DNA of 64,000 nucleotides from Macrostomum lignano (lineage: Eukaryota), in NCBI GenBank assembly GCA_002269645.1, contig NIVC01003505.1, positions 30,483-94,482 of the forward strand, read 5' to 3'. The notes below the pieces were generated by a model, which saw nothing but the letters and a program-made list of their open reading frames with translations, ran no database searches and was not told the origin of the DNA. The first letter of the stretch is position 1. Each line of letters begins with the position of its first letter. This document shows, one piece after another, positions 35,725 to 47,794 of this stretch. The translations under genes were made by a program, and so were the position numbers.

Positions 35725-37628
35725 TTCTGTCTGTCTGTGTTTCTGTCTGGTCTGTCTTAGTGTTTGTCTGTCTTTCTGTCTGTCTGTCTGTCTGTCCACC
35801 TGTCTGTTTGTCTGCCTGTCCTTAGTGTGTCTATTAGTGTCTGTCTTATAGTGTCTCAGTGTCTATCTGTCACCCTGTCTGTCTATCCACTACCTCTTCC
35901 CATGACCAACCGCTTCAGCTGGTGAAGGATTCGCTGACTCAGCAGCATCTGCCAGATGAGCAGTGCTCAATCTGTCTTGAGTCATTCGACACCGAGGCTG
36001 GCCTGCTGGTAACGGACTGCTACCACTACTTCCACGCGGACTGTCTGCGCCATTTTGTCCGGCATCGCCAGTCGGAGCACCAGCGCCAAGTTCGAGAGAT
36101 TCTGGCCAGCGACCCGCACTGTCGCAGCCTACCGCAGCTTGTCGTTGCCTGCCCGGTCTGCCGCCAGTGCCGGGTGGGATTCGACTCTGATAGCGGAGAC
36201 TTCGTCTGCGAACCCATTGTGGCTGATGAAGATAAGAAGGGCTGCTCAGCGAATGCTACTCCAGCTGCTGTTGAGCCTGTCGGCCTTGCGCAAGGTGTTC
36301 GCCCTGAACCAGCAGAGTTACCAGTTGCTGACGAGCGGCAAGATCAAAGCTCTAACCAGGAGCGGCAAGATCAAAGCTCTAACCAGGAGCGGCAAGGTCA
36401 AAGTGCCAACCAGGGGCGGAAAGATCAAAGCGCTAACCAGGGGCGACATAATCAAAGTGCCAAACAGGTGCGTCAAGATCAAAGCTCTAGCAACGGGCAA
36501 CAGCATCAAAGTGGTAACCATAGGCGGTGGCAAGATCAAGGCAATCGTCAATACAGACAGTATCAAGGTACTTATCGAAATTGGCAAGATCAACGACCTT
36601 ATCAATGGTGGCAAAACCAATGGTCGAATCAACAATGGCGGCAACATCAAAGCGACAGTCAGTGGCGGCAAGAGCAAAGCACTTATCACAGGCAAGATCA
36701 AAGCGATTCTCTGCGGCGCCAAGATCAAAGTGATTCTCGTCGGCGGCAAGATCAAAGCGATTTTCTGCGGCGGCAAGATCAAACTGATTCTCGTCGGCGG
36801 AAAGACCAAAGCGCTAATCAAAAGTATCAGCAACATCAAGGTGATTCTATACAGCGGCAAGATCAAAGCGTTAATCAGATGCATAAGCAAGATCAGCAAA
36901 GTGATTCTCGTCGGCGGCGAGATCAAAAGGATCATTTACCGCCGCGGCAGGATCAAAGCGACTCTTTACAGACGTGGCAGGATCAAAGTGACTCTTTACA
37001 GCCGCGGCAGGATCAAAGCGATTCTCGTCGGCGGCAAGATCAAAGCGATTATCTGCGGCGGCAAGATCAAACTGATTCTCGTCGGCGGAAAGACCAAAGC
37101 GCTAATCAAAAGTATCAGCAACATCAAAGTGATTCTTTACAGCGGCAAGATCAAAGCGTTAATCAGATGCATCAGCAAGATCAGCAAAGTGATTCTCGTC
37201 GGCGGCGAGATCAAAAGGATCATTTACCGCCGCGGCAGGATCAAAGCGACTCTTTACAGCCGCGGCAGGATCAAAGCGGCAATCAACAGCAGCGACGCCA
37301 GAACAATCGCAATGCCAATCGGCAGCGCAACCAACCAAACCGAGAACACGCCGAGAGTGCAGCTGGGCCGCAACAGAGCAGCAACGGGCATGAGAGTTTG
37401 CAGCCTGAAGCCAGTCAGAACGGCAGTCCCAGGCCGGAGAGCAAAGACTTGCCTCAGAGGCGTCACGAGAAGTCTCAGCATCATCAATCGTCTGGCCGCT
37501 ACCCCAAGGACGGTCGTCACTTCTACCCCAATGGGAACTGGAAGTCTCGCAGTTACCACAGGCGTGACCAGAATGGCCCTGCAATAAAGGCCCAAGCTGC
37601 TGCTGTATCTGTGGCTGGATTTAATTAA
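34914..37628 (+). CDS. RNF25: RWD-domain + RING-H2 E3 ubiquitin ligase (RNF25/AO7-like), join(34914-34975, 35362-35608, 35919-37628), ~672 aa
   Basis: RWD start [18 protein letters not shown] motif, CPRGL; RING-H2 CSIC...[11 protein letters not shown]...CPVC. GT-AG junctions in phases 2 and 0. Long Q/R/D/S-rich repetitive C-terminus. Confidence 0.85.
35138..35265. repeat. (CTAC)n microsatellite in RNF25 intron 1
   Basis: Direct reading. Confidence 0.95.
35617..35850. repeat. (GTCT)n microsatellite in RNF25 intron 2
   Basis: Direct reading. Confidence 0.95.
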
Positions 37629-37787
37629 CTAATTTTGTTTATAATGAAGCTAATCATCTTATCTGTTTTCATTTGACTGAAGCTCATCGGTAATTCAGAT
37701 TCTCATTATCTGAAGCTTATTCTACGAGCGTATGACTGAGGTTTAGATGCCTGATGTCCGTCTCTTAATTTAGGAGACAATCACCCT

Positions 37788-38485
37788 GTGGACACACCGT
37801 ATGGATACTCATCCTATGGAGACTCACCCTACGGACACTCACCCTATGGACACGCCCTATGGAGACTCACCCTACGGACTCACCCTACGGACACTCACCC
37901 TACGGACACTCACCCTATGGACACTCACCCTATGGACACTCACCCTATGGACACTCACCCTATGGACACTCACCCTATGGACACTCACCCTATGGACACT
38001 CACCCTACGGACTCACCCTACGGACACTCACCCTATGGACACTCACCCTATGGACACTCACCCTACGGACTCACCCTACGGACACTCACCCTATGGACAC
38101 TCACCCTATGGACACTCACCCTATGGACACTCACCCTATGGACACTCAACCCTATGGACACCCGCCCTATGGACACTCATCCTACGGACACTCACCCTAT
38201 GGACACTCACCCTATTGACACTCACCCTATTGACACTCACCCTACGGACACGCCCTAGGGACACTCGTCCTAAGGACACTCACCTTATGGACACTCACCC
38301 TATGGACACTCGTCCTAAGGACACTCACCTTATGGACACTCACCCTATGGACTCTACGGACACTCACCCTATTGACACTCACCCTACGGACACTCACCCT
38401 ATGGACACTCATCCTATGGACACTCAACCTACGGTTACTCACCCTACGGACACTCACCCTATGGACACTCACTCTACGGACACAT
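37788..38485. repeat. 15-bp minisatellite (GGACACTCACCCTAT)n
   Basis: Direct tandem units; source of the HSPYG / MDTHP repeat ORFs. Confidence 0.95.
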
Positions 38486-39154
38486 TGTCGGACACAGATT
38501 TTGTTCTGGTATCAAAAGTGTCGAAACTAATTCTGGATACCCCTGGTAAAAAGAGTTAATTTATAATTTACGTTGCGCTTGTCCTCATTTTATCTGGTAT
38601 GTCTGTTATTCAGTCTGAGTGTAAACTCATGCTTACTCATATGCTCGTATGGGGCATTAGAGCATACTATTTTATTTACTGTGGTCAATTAGTATTTTGG
38701 GTTTTTTAATTTATCGTCATATTACCATATATTTCCGTGAGTTGACTAAGTTCCAAAAAAAGTGTTTACCCCTTATGTTAAAGCATTCGACTCCGAAGTT
38801 TCTGTTTGCATGCTTTTTTGTTTCATTTTTCTGCTCCTCTGCTGGATAATGGTGTTGGGCATTGTGCGCTTTTTTGAAAGAAGACAATGTACATATGGGC
38901 TCAAATACGCTAATAGCTCCACTGGCGTACAATTATCTTCTGTCACTGCGTCTATATTTCTCAGTGTTACATTTCTCTTTTATAATAGCGAAGATGAAAC
39001 ACTAGAACTGTTTTGAAAATTGAGGACAGCAGCAGCAGCAAAGCACACCGTGGCATTTGGTTACAAAACAGTGGCTTTTTAAAACTGCTGCGAGGCATTT
39101 AGATCTGAGAATTATTTGAAAGGAGTGAAGGTAGGTAATGAGGTAGAGAAGAGG

Positions 39155-39925
39155 AGAGATAAGGATCAGATTAGAGAGGAGATAAGGATCAGAGTAGAGA
39201 GGAGATAAGGATCAGAGTAGAGGGAAGATAAGGATCAGAGTAGAGGGGAGATAAGAATCAGGGTAGAGGGAAGATAATGATCAGAGTAGAGGGAAGATAA
39301 GGATCAGAGTATAGGGAAGATAAGGATCAGAGTAGAGGGAAGATAATGATCAGAGTATAGGGAAGATAAGGATCAGAGTAGAGGGGAGATAAGAATCAGA
39401 GTAAAGGGAAGATAAGGATCAGATTAGAGGGGAGATAAGGATCAGATAAGAGGGGAGATAAGGATCAGATTAGAGGGGAGATAAGAATCAGAGTGAAGGG
39501 AAGATAAGGATCAGATTAGAGGGGAGATAAGGATCAGATAAGAGGGGAGATAAGGATCAGAGTGAAGGGAAGATAAGGATCAGATTAGAGGGGAGATAAG
39601 AATCAGAGTAAAGGGAAGATAAGGATCAGATTAGAGGGGAGATAAGGATCAGATAAGAGGGGAGATAAGGATCAGATTAGAGGGGAGATAAGAATCAGAG
39701 TAAAGGGAAGATAAGGATCAGATTAGAGGGGAGATAAGGATCAGATAAGAGGGGAGATAAGGATCAGATTAGAGGGGAGATAAGGATCAGAGTAGAGGGG
39801 AGATAAGGATCAGATTAGGGGGAGATAAGGATCAGATTTGAGGGGAGATAAGGATCAGATTAGGGGGAGATAAGGATCAGATTTGAGGGGAGATAAGGAT
39901 CAGAGTAGAGGGGAGATAAGGATGG
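39155..39925. repeat. 23-bp purine-rich minisatellite (AGAGGGGAGATAAGGATCAGATT)n, probably in a PLPP 5' UTR intron
   Basis: Direct tandem units, bracketed by a candidate donor GTAGGT (39131) and acceptor ttctcttcag (40074). Confidence 0.92.
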
Positions 39926-40210
39926 ACTAAGATGATAGAGAAGGATAGGAGGAAAGGAGTGGAGAGGAGTAAGATTTTAGGGATAAAAATGAAAACAAGT
40001 TTAGCACAGGATAACACAAACAGATGTAGATTATGAGTAGGTTTTGATTAGCTGTTACCTGTTATTCTCTTCAGATTAACACAATAAAAATATTTGGTAT
40101 TTATACAAATTTCAGCAAAGACTCAGCCATAAAGAGCTTCGCAGTCGTGACCGTTAATATAAGTTTGTTAATTTATTAAATTGCTTAAGAGTAACAGTCG
40201 CAGCATCGTA

Positions 40211-41800
40211 ATGGGCTGCCTGCCTGGCAGTGAGATTGCCAACCTGCTCACCGCAGTCTCCGTCATCATCATCCTTGGCGCCTATGTCTGCATTTTCCAT
40301 TTCGGCGTGCAGCCGTTTCAGCGTCATTTCTTTTGCAACGACGAGAGCATCAGCTATCCGTACAAGCCCGACACTGTCACCATGATTGTAGCGGCAGTGG
40401 TTGGCGCTGCTATCATCCTACTGACAGTAGTAATCATAGAGATTGTCCGGCACGCTATGCGCAGCAACTGTAGGGCTAGCGAGTCGGATCGGACCTATGC
40501 TAACTGTCTGGGCAGCTGCGGGCTCAAGCCGGAGTCCCGTTGTACTCGAGCCACTGTGGCCATCTTCAGAGGCCTGCTGTTGGCCGCCTTGGGCACCCTC
40601 ATCACGGAGGTTCGTTGGTTGTTTATAGCCTGTCTGAACAAGTCACAGTCAAAGTCAAGTCACAGTCAAAGACACAATTCACAGTCAAAGACACACATAA
40701 TTCACAGTCAAAGACACACATAATTCACAGTCAAAGGCACACACAATTCATAGTCAAAGACACACATAATTCACAGTCAAAGACACACACAATTCACAGT
40801 CAAAGACACACACAATTCACTTTGACTGTGTGTCTAATTCACAATTCACATAGTCACAATTCACAGTCAAAGACACACAAAATTCACAGTCAAAGACACA
40901 CACAATTCACAGTCAAAGACACACACAATTCACAGTCAAAGACACACACAATTCACAGTCAAAGACACACACAATTCACAGTCAAAGACACACACAATTC
41001 ACAGTCAAAGACACACACAATTCACAGTCAAAGACACACAATTCACGGTCAAAGACACACAATTTACAGTTAAAGACACACACAATTCACAGTCAAAGAC
41101 ACAACTCACAGTCAAAGACACACACAATTCACAGTCAAACACACAATTCACAGCAAAAACACTCGCACTCGCCCTTACCCAGGTGGTCACGGTGACTGTC
41201 AAGACCATCATCGGGCGTCACCGGCCGCACTTCCTGGCTGTGTGCCGCGCCAACACGAGCTCGCCTGAGTACCTCACAGCCTGCGCCTCTCACCAGCCTC
41301 TGACGCCGTCGGTGTGCCATCCAGTCGACTCAAAACAGTTCAGAGAGGCCATGCTGTCCTTCCCATCCGGTCACTCGTCGCACAGCATCTACATGACGCT
41401 GTTCGCCGCGCTGTACATGCAGTCCAAATTCACGTTTGCCAAGGGTCACGCAGTGAAATGGCTGCTGCAGTCATTTGTGCTGGTGTGGGGCCTGGCCGTG
41501 TGCGCCAGCCGGGTTAGCGACTACAAGCATCACTGGAGCGACGTGCTTGGCGGTGGCCTCATCGGAGCTGCCGTGGCTCTCCTTGTGTGCCTGTACCTGC
41601 GGCCCAGCTACACTGAGGCCTGCTCAGCCTGCGGCTTCGTCACCGGGGATGTTGACGGAGGCTGCGCTAGCGATGTGGAAGCTGGCGGAGCCGCCGGAGC
41701 AGCCAACAATAACAATGGAGATGCAGGTGATGCAGGGGTATGGGGCAGTTATTGTCATGTCTCCGTGAATATTGTCTTCAGGGCTTGTGTATTCGACTAG
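40211..41800 (+). CDS. PLPP: Type 2 phosphatidic acid phosphatase / phospholipid phosphatase (PAP2, wunen-like), join(40211-40609, 41183-41800), ~338 aa
   Basis: FQRHFFCNDESISYPY N-terminal motif; catalytic motifs KTIIGRHRP (KxxxxxxRP), FPSGH and SRVSDYKHHWSD (SRxxxxxHxxxD); several hydrophobic helices; phase-0 GT-AG intron. The C-terminus might instead splice to a small exon at 43908-43972. Confidence 0.92.
40640..41160. repeat. 23-bp minisatellite (AATTCACAGTCAAAGACACACAC)n filling the PLPP intron
   Basis: Direct tandem units. Confidence 0.95.
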
Positions 41801-41802
41801 GA

Positions 41803-42548
41803 ATAGTGTGTGTCTGATGGTGATTAGTGTGTGTCTGATGGTGATTAGTGTGTGTCTGATGGTGATTAGTGTGTGTCTGATGGTGATTAGTGTGTGTCTG
41901 ATGGTGATTAGTGTGTGTCTGATGGTGATTAGTGTGTGTCTGATGGTGATTAGTGTGTGTCTGATGGTGATTAGTGTGTGTCTGATGGTGATTAGTGTGT
42001 GTCTGATGGTGATTAGTGTGTGTCTGATGGTGATTAGTGTGTCTGATGGTGATTAGTGTGTGTATGATGGTGATTAGTGTGTGTCTGATGGTGATTAGTG
42101 TGTGTATGATGGTGATTAGTGTGTGTCTGATGGTGATTAGTGTGTGTCTGATGGTGATTAGTGTGTGTCTGATGGTGATTAGTGTGTCTGATGGTGATTA
42201 GTGTGTGTCTGATGGTGATTAGTGTGTGTCTGATGGTGATTAGTGTGTGTCTGATGGTGATTAGTGTGTGTCTGATGGTGATTAGTGTGTGTCTGATGGT
42301 GATTAGTGTGTGTCTGATGGTGATTAGTGTGTGTCTGATGGTGATTAGTGTGTGTCTGATGGTGATTAGTGTGTGTCTGATGGTGATTAGTGTGTGTCTG
42401 ATGGTGATTAGTGTGTGTCTGATGGTGATTAGTGTGTGTTTGATGCTGATTAGTGTGTGTCTGATGGTGATTAGTGTGTGTCTGATGGTGATTAGTGTGT
42501 GTCTGATGGTGATTAGTGTGTGTCTGATGGTGATTAGTGTGTTTGACT
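41803..42548. repeat. 21-bp minisatellite (GATTAGTGTGTGTCTGATGGT)n
   Basis: Direct tandem units; source of the CLMVISV / HHQTHTN ORFs. Confidence 0.97.
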
Positions 42549-42727
42549 GTGAACATCTTCTAAGTGGTGTTAAGGACCTAAAAATTAATTTTTTATTCTG
42601 TTTTTAAATGTTGCTCGGTTCATTGTTTTTTTATATAACTAAAAGTGAAGTACGTAATTCAGTCTTCCGATTTCAAGGATTTTCAACCATTAAATCTAAC
42701 TTGAAATTTTTCGCAAGCTTCGATTCC

Positions 42728-43470
42728 CATTGAGAATCGCCCTCCCCAACCCACATTGAGAGTCGCCCTCCCCAACCCACATTGAGAGTCGCCCTCCCCA
42801 ACCCACATTGAGAGTCGCCCTCCCCAACCCACATTGAGAATCGCCCTCCCCAACCCACATTGAGAATCGCCCTCCCCAACCCACATTGAGAATCGCCCCC
42901 CCAACCCACATTGAGAATCGCCCCCCCCCCCAACCCACATTGAGAATTGCCTCCCCCAACCCACATTGAGAGTCGCCCTCCCCAACCCACATTGAGAGTT
43001 GCCCTCCCCAACCCACATTGAGAGTCGCCCTCCCCAACCCACATTGAGAATCGCCCCCAACCCACATTGAGAATCGCCCCCCCCAACCCACATTGAGAAT
43101 CGCCTCCCCCCAACCCACATTGAGAATCGCCTCCCCCCAACCCACATTGAGAATCGCCCTCCCCAACCCACATTGAGCATTGCTAATCGCCTTCCAAGCC
43201 ACATTGAGAATCGCCCTTTGGCTTCAACATCATTGAGAATCGCCCTTTGGCTTCAACATCATTGAGAATCGCCCTTCAACATCATTGAGAATCGCACTTC
43301 AACATCATTGAGAATCGCCCTTCAACATCATTGAGAATCGCCCTTCAACATCATTGAGAATCGCCCTTCAACATCATTGAGAATCGCCCTTCAACATCAT
43401 TGAGAATCGCCCTTCAACGTCATTGAGAATCGCCCTTCAACATCATTGAGAATCGCCCTTCAACCCCACT
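42728..43470. repeat. Compound minisatellite with core CATTGAGAATCGCCC: 26-bp C-rich units followed by 23-bp AACAT units
   Basis: Direct tandem units; the unit changes near 43200. Confidence 0.93.
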
Positions 43471-45489
43471 GAGATTTAGCGCATTTGTTTTTTCAATTGT
43501 TTTTCCCACCTACGCCAGCCTCCCACTAATCCAATGCCGCATCGTACCAGACAGATACGAGGTCGAGGCACTTTCCCGTATGAACGTGAGTCACGGCGTA
43601 AGAGCACTTTTACGGCTGATGTTATAACAAATATTAAATCTGTATGATTAGCACTTACTCCGAGACAACTGCAGCCTTACCACTTGGCATGTTGTGCTTT
43701 AAGCAGCCTTCTGTGTAACTATAATCAATGGCCTAGTAGTTTGTCTTAAATTTTTTTAAACTTATTTGTGTTGTTCAACACGAAAAACGAAAAGCTTTAT
43801 TTTTTTACAATTTAATGCATGCAATCATACCATTCTACAATATAGAAGTAGAGTGTTTTGAATATGCTGATCCAAATTTGTTTAATTCCATAAATTATTT
43901 ATTGCAGAAGCGGATTCACCCAGAAATAACATGAACGAGATGGCCCTGCTAAACAGACCGATGGAGAAATAGACTGTCTGATTGGGGAATTGATGGCCTC
44001 AAGGACAGTAGTGAAAATGGTGTTTGAATAGTATTCATACTCACGAGTGTGGAGCGACTTTTTTAAAGTGTTTTCAATTAATTTTCTGCACAGGTAACTA
44101 ACTTACTACTTCTTGGGCAATAGTTGATTATTTGTTTTTCTCTGAGTGCGCCTACAGTTGGTTACCAGGTGAGGTCTTTTATATACCCAAGATTCCTATT
44201 TCCAAAGAATTCCAACACTATTTTGTTGAGTTCCTAGCTTAACGCGTTTTCAATATTTGATCGATCACCTTTAACAGAATTCTCTCTCTCTCTACTTTCT
44301 CTCCGCTTTGTTTTCTCAGCTTCTCTTCTTTTTTGTAAAATCGAAAAGTGCCAAGTGACAAGCGAAATTTGACAAATTACAAGCGCTTCTTCGGGGTTTC
44401 GTCCATAGACATGCATCTGTGTGATGTCTTGGATGCTTCTGTGTGAAAATACTTCCTCTTGTCTTGTGCTTTTAACAAGTCGCTATGACACTTGTAGCTT
44501 TATTAAAGCTGTGTATTAAAGTCCAAGAAGAACGCAGAGGCCGTCTTTAAAGCAAATCTGTCTAAAACACAGTTCCTAAAGTTGTGGTCTGTGGTCTTAA
44601 GGCTGGATGGATTTCAAATGGTGTCTCGACCATAGACATAAAATGGAGTTGTTTTCAACACGAGTAAGAACCTATGTTTATGAAACCAAAATCGTTGACG
44701 CTTGTCACTTCTCACTTTTAGATTTTTTATGAAATCGGCCCCAGGTCGAAAATATTCTTTTGGTATGTTATAAGTCTTCATACATTAAAGACGATATATC
44801 TGTACTGCACTAGTTTTAATACCAAGCACCGTCTGCTTTACTGTACGAGTAATGCTAAGAGAAAACTTTAAAAAATCCATTTTTATAACCTTTTGATGCT
44901 CAGAAAAGCTTAGGAATTTTTCCAAATCCTACGCGTATTCCTGTGTGGCTATTGCGGAGCTGTGACACTGGAAAGATGTTTTTGTCAGTACTTCGATGAA
45001 ATCAAATATATAATATTTATATTTATACACAGCATATTATACACTATGCTATAGCTTGTACTCTCATTATTTTGTTCGTATAAAAAAACTTTTTGGTTTA
45101 ATTTTAGATATACACTATATAAACTGCTTTTTGTTGCTGCTTAAATTATTTATGAATAGGTTAATGCAGAAAAGTGCAGAGGCCACATTCATTTGGGGTT
45201 GGTGCACCGAAAATTGACTGATGCACATGCCATTATTTTACATTATTTTCGTGTATTCTATTTATTTATACAAACAAGCAAAAAATCTATGAAACAGCGG
45301 TAACGAACTTTTGCACTCAATCAGTAGGCTTTGAGCTATATGAGTTCTGCACAATATGGCTTTAAAATGCATTATATTAGCTCAGATCAGTTGACTACTA
45401 CTTCATACTTGCACTATCCAAGAACATATAAAGCTAAAATATTTCAAGATTCTGGCGCATAATTGAGCACACCTTCACTTAAGAAGGCC

Positions 45490-45715
45490 GGGCTGCAGCC
45501 TAGTGGTTAGAGTGTCGGACTCACGACTAAAAGGTCGGGGGTTCGATTCTCTACCCAATTCGAACAATTTGTGTCCTTGAGCAAGACGCTTAACTCTGCA
45601 TTGCTTCAGTTCACCCGGCTGTAAAATGGGTGCCAGCATTAGCTGGGGTCCTATAGCTGGGCTATCGGTTGCACATATGCCCATTAGGGCGGGTGTAATC
45701 AGTTAATTTAATTCA
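45490..45715 (+). mobile_element. tRNA-derived SINE, copy 1
   Basis: A box TAGTGGTTAGAG, B box GGTTCGATTC, central GTGTCCTTGAGCAAGAC...CACCCGGCTGTAAAATGGGTGCC resembling V/Meta-type SINE core domains; three copies in the window. Confidence 0.85.
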
Positions 45716-46810
45716 ATTCCTAATATCATATTCTTTAATTTTTGAACCAGAACTTTTGACAGCAGAGTCCACTTCTGACAGATGACAAGCATAAATTGTG
45801 TAAGGCATTTATTTATAATTGCCTAGTGCTTCATTTGTTTATGAAGGCCTATGCACTCAGCAACATGTTAAAGTTCCACCCCCGAAACCTCTGGTCAACA
45901 AGTGGCAGCTTTAATGCGAAATTGCCCACACCTCTCTACTCTGTCCTCACCAAACCTTGTGATGCATCTTGCATCGCCCACAGTTGAGGATAAGAAATGC
46001 AGGCGTCATATGAATTAATTGCGTCACTTAATGCTGAGATCTGAGGAAGTTTGACCACTGGTTTCGGAGTGGAAACTTGTGTAGCTCTAATAAATGCCTT
46101 TGCGCTTGAATATAAAATAGACAGCGATCCGTGTTTGAATAAAGACGGATTAAGTAGTCGATTTTGAGTGCTTAAACGACTTTGTTCATGAGTACAGTAT
46201 ACCATGGACAATAAGCAGCAAAATCCAAGTAGAATTAAATGACTAATTCAAGTCAATTAACAGATCGCAAGTCATTAAAGCGATTTGCTTCACGTTAAAT
46301 AGTGCTACCAGTGAGCTCTATCAGTACAAACTAACAAAAATTAACATAAAAAGTCAGTTTATTCACTTGGTTGTAAAACTTCCTCTAAAAGAAGACCAAC
46401 TCTCGGAACTAGTTTTTGCCAAAAATCAAAGTTGAAATGGTACATAATAACTAAAACTTGAAAAATCGATTTCGAGTAAAAACTATGTAATTTTGCTTGT
46501 CTCTGTTTTGTTATTAATAGGTTTGCATAGCAGAATAAAGCATAAATATATCAGCCTGCTGTAATGTAATGAATAGCGAGCTGATCAAGCAAAGAATACG
46601 CAGAGTGCATTATCGCTATTGATAAGCTTCTGGATAGTCATGCAGTGTGGTACAAGATATTACTGCGCGATCTGCGTGTAGTGACACTTAGTTACAAGGT
46701 TTCATAGTCTGAATAAGCATTCTCATATCTAAAAAGCTACTGAAGCAAAGAAATCTCTACTTGAGTCAATCAATGTCAGATTTAAGAGTTAGGAATTCTC
46801 CAGAAAATTG

Positions 46811-47710
46811 TCAACCAAAAGCAGAATCAACAAGCTTAGCGACGCCGACCACAGGACTCGCAAGGATTGCTCCAGCCCCCTGTCCGATGCTGCTCATAAT
46901 GTCCACAAAACCTGGCTGGGGCTGTTGGCACTGCGCATTTAGTAATTGCTGCTGCTCTTCTAGAAGTTTGACCTTGGCTTTCATCTTATCCATCTTCTTT
47001 GCTTCATCCCGCTGTTTCTGGGCCTCCGCCTCCTCTCGGCGTTTCCGCTCCTCAGTCTGTTTTTCCAGGTCCTTCTTCAAGTACTTGCTCGGGTTCAGCT
47101 TCGATACCTCATCGATAAGGCCCATCAGCGTTGCCACCTGCCGTTCCTGCATACCCGGGTCGCACCTCTTGCCGTTGTCCATCAGCACGTAGCGGTCTCC
47201 GAAGTCCTTCATCATCTTGTCGAGCTCAGGAATTTCTTCTCGCGCGACTTTCAGCTCTTTATTTTTAAATTCGTTGATGTCGTTGTCAAAATGGTCACCT
47301 CTGCTGAACACCACGATGACGCGCTTGCACGACTCCGGACCGAACACTTCCACAGTCTGGCGGATAGCCAGGCACTCTTCGTTTGTGAAGCGGACGTCCG
47401 CTCTGGCGACCACGAGAAAGGCGTCAACGCCGCACGGACACTTGTTCAGCGTGCGCAGCAGCTCACCCTGCGGCATGTTAACGTCCTTGGAGTCCATGGT
47501 TCCGGGAGTGTCCACCACCAGCAGGCTGCGACCGCGGACCGTTCGCATCTGCGCCTCGCACTGCTTCGTCTGCGACCTCATGCCATTTCCGACTTTGAAG
47601 CTTTCCTCCTCCATTAGGGTGTTGGCTAGAGAGCTCTTTCCGCTGCCTGTCTTGCTCATCAGCACCACCGTTGTCATCTGGCTGGAGTCTTGCGGCTGAT
47701 CGGCTGACAT
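46811..47710 (-). CDS. GIMAP: AIG1/GIMAP-family GTPase, copy 1 (299 aa, intronless; coiled coil and hydrophobic C-terminal tail)
   Basis: G1 SKTGSGKSS, G2 SQTKQC, G3 VVDTPG, conserved box CPCGVDAFLVV...RFTNEE, G4 FSRGD, G5 MDN. Confidence 0.92.
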   Translation of the reverse strand: MSADQPQDSSQMTTVVLMSKTGSGKSSLANTLMEEESFKVGNGMRSQTKQCEAQMRTVRGRSLLVVDTPGTMDSKDVNMPQGELLRTLNKCPCGVDAFLVVARADVRFTNEECLAIRQTVEVFGPESCKRVIVVFSRGDHFDNDINEFKNKELKVAREEIPELDKMMKDFGDRYVLMDNGKRCDPGMQERQVATLMGLIDEVSKLNPSKYLKKDLEKQTEERKRREEAEAQKQRDEAKKMDKMKAKVKLLEEQQQLLNAQCQQPQPGFVDIMSSIGQGAGAILASPVVGVAKLVDSAFG

Positions 47711-47786
47711 TGCTGTAGTGCAGTCTTCTCTGTAGGTTAGAGATGGCTTAGTAGTTTTCTGTTCTTGGAGCTTTGAACACCCGCTG

Positions 47787-47794
47787 TATATATA
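47787..47794 (-). promoter_or_regulatory. TATA box of GIMAP copy 1 (equivalents at 50386-50393 and 54432-54439)
   Basis: TATATATA lies 77 nt upstream of the ATG in all three copies. Confidence 0.6.

Noticed and set aside
36055-37587. 510-aa overlapping +1-frame ORF inside RNF25
   Set aside because: Expected because the Q/R/D/S-rich main frame has few codons ending in TA/TG, so +1 stops are rare; no domain and no good start context.
37788-42607. Repeat-peptide ORFs (HSPYG, MDTHP, CLMVISV, HHQTHTN)
   Set aside because: Translations of 15-, 21- and 23-bp minisatellites outside or between real exons.
43908-43972. Possible extra PLPP terminal exon (EADSPRNNMNEMALLNRPMEK*)
   Set aside because: The acceptor is plausible but the donors near 41727-41738 are weak and exon 2 already reaches a stop; RNA data are needed.
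44337-44745. Partial inverted repeat (AAAATCGAAAAGTGCCAAGTGACAAGCG versus 44699-44727)
   Set aside because: Probably a decayed MITE, but the left terminus and TSD cannot be defined.
45490-45560. Functional tRNA gene
   Set aside because: A and B boxes are present but acceptor and anticodon stems pair poorly, and the head continues into a SINE body seen three times.
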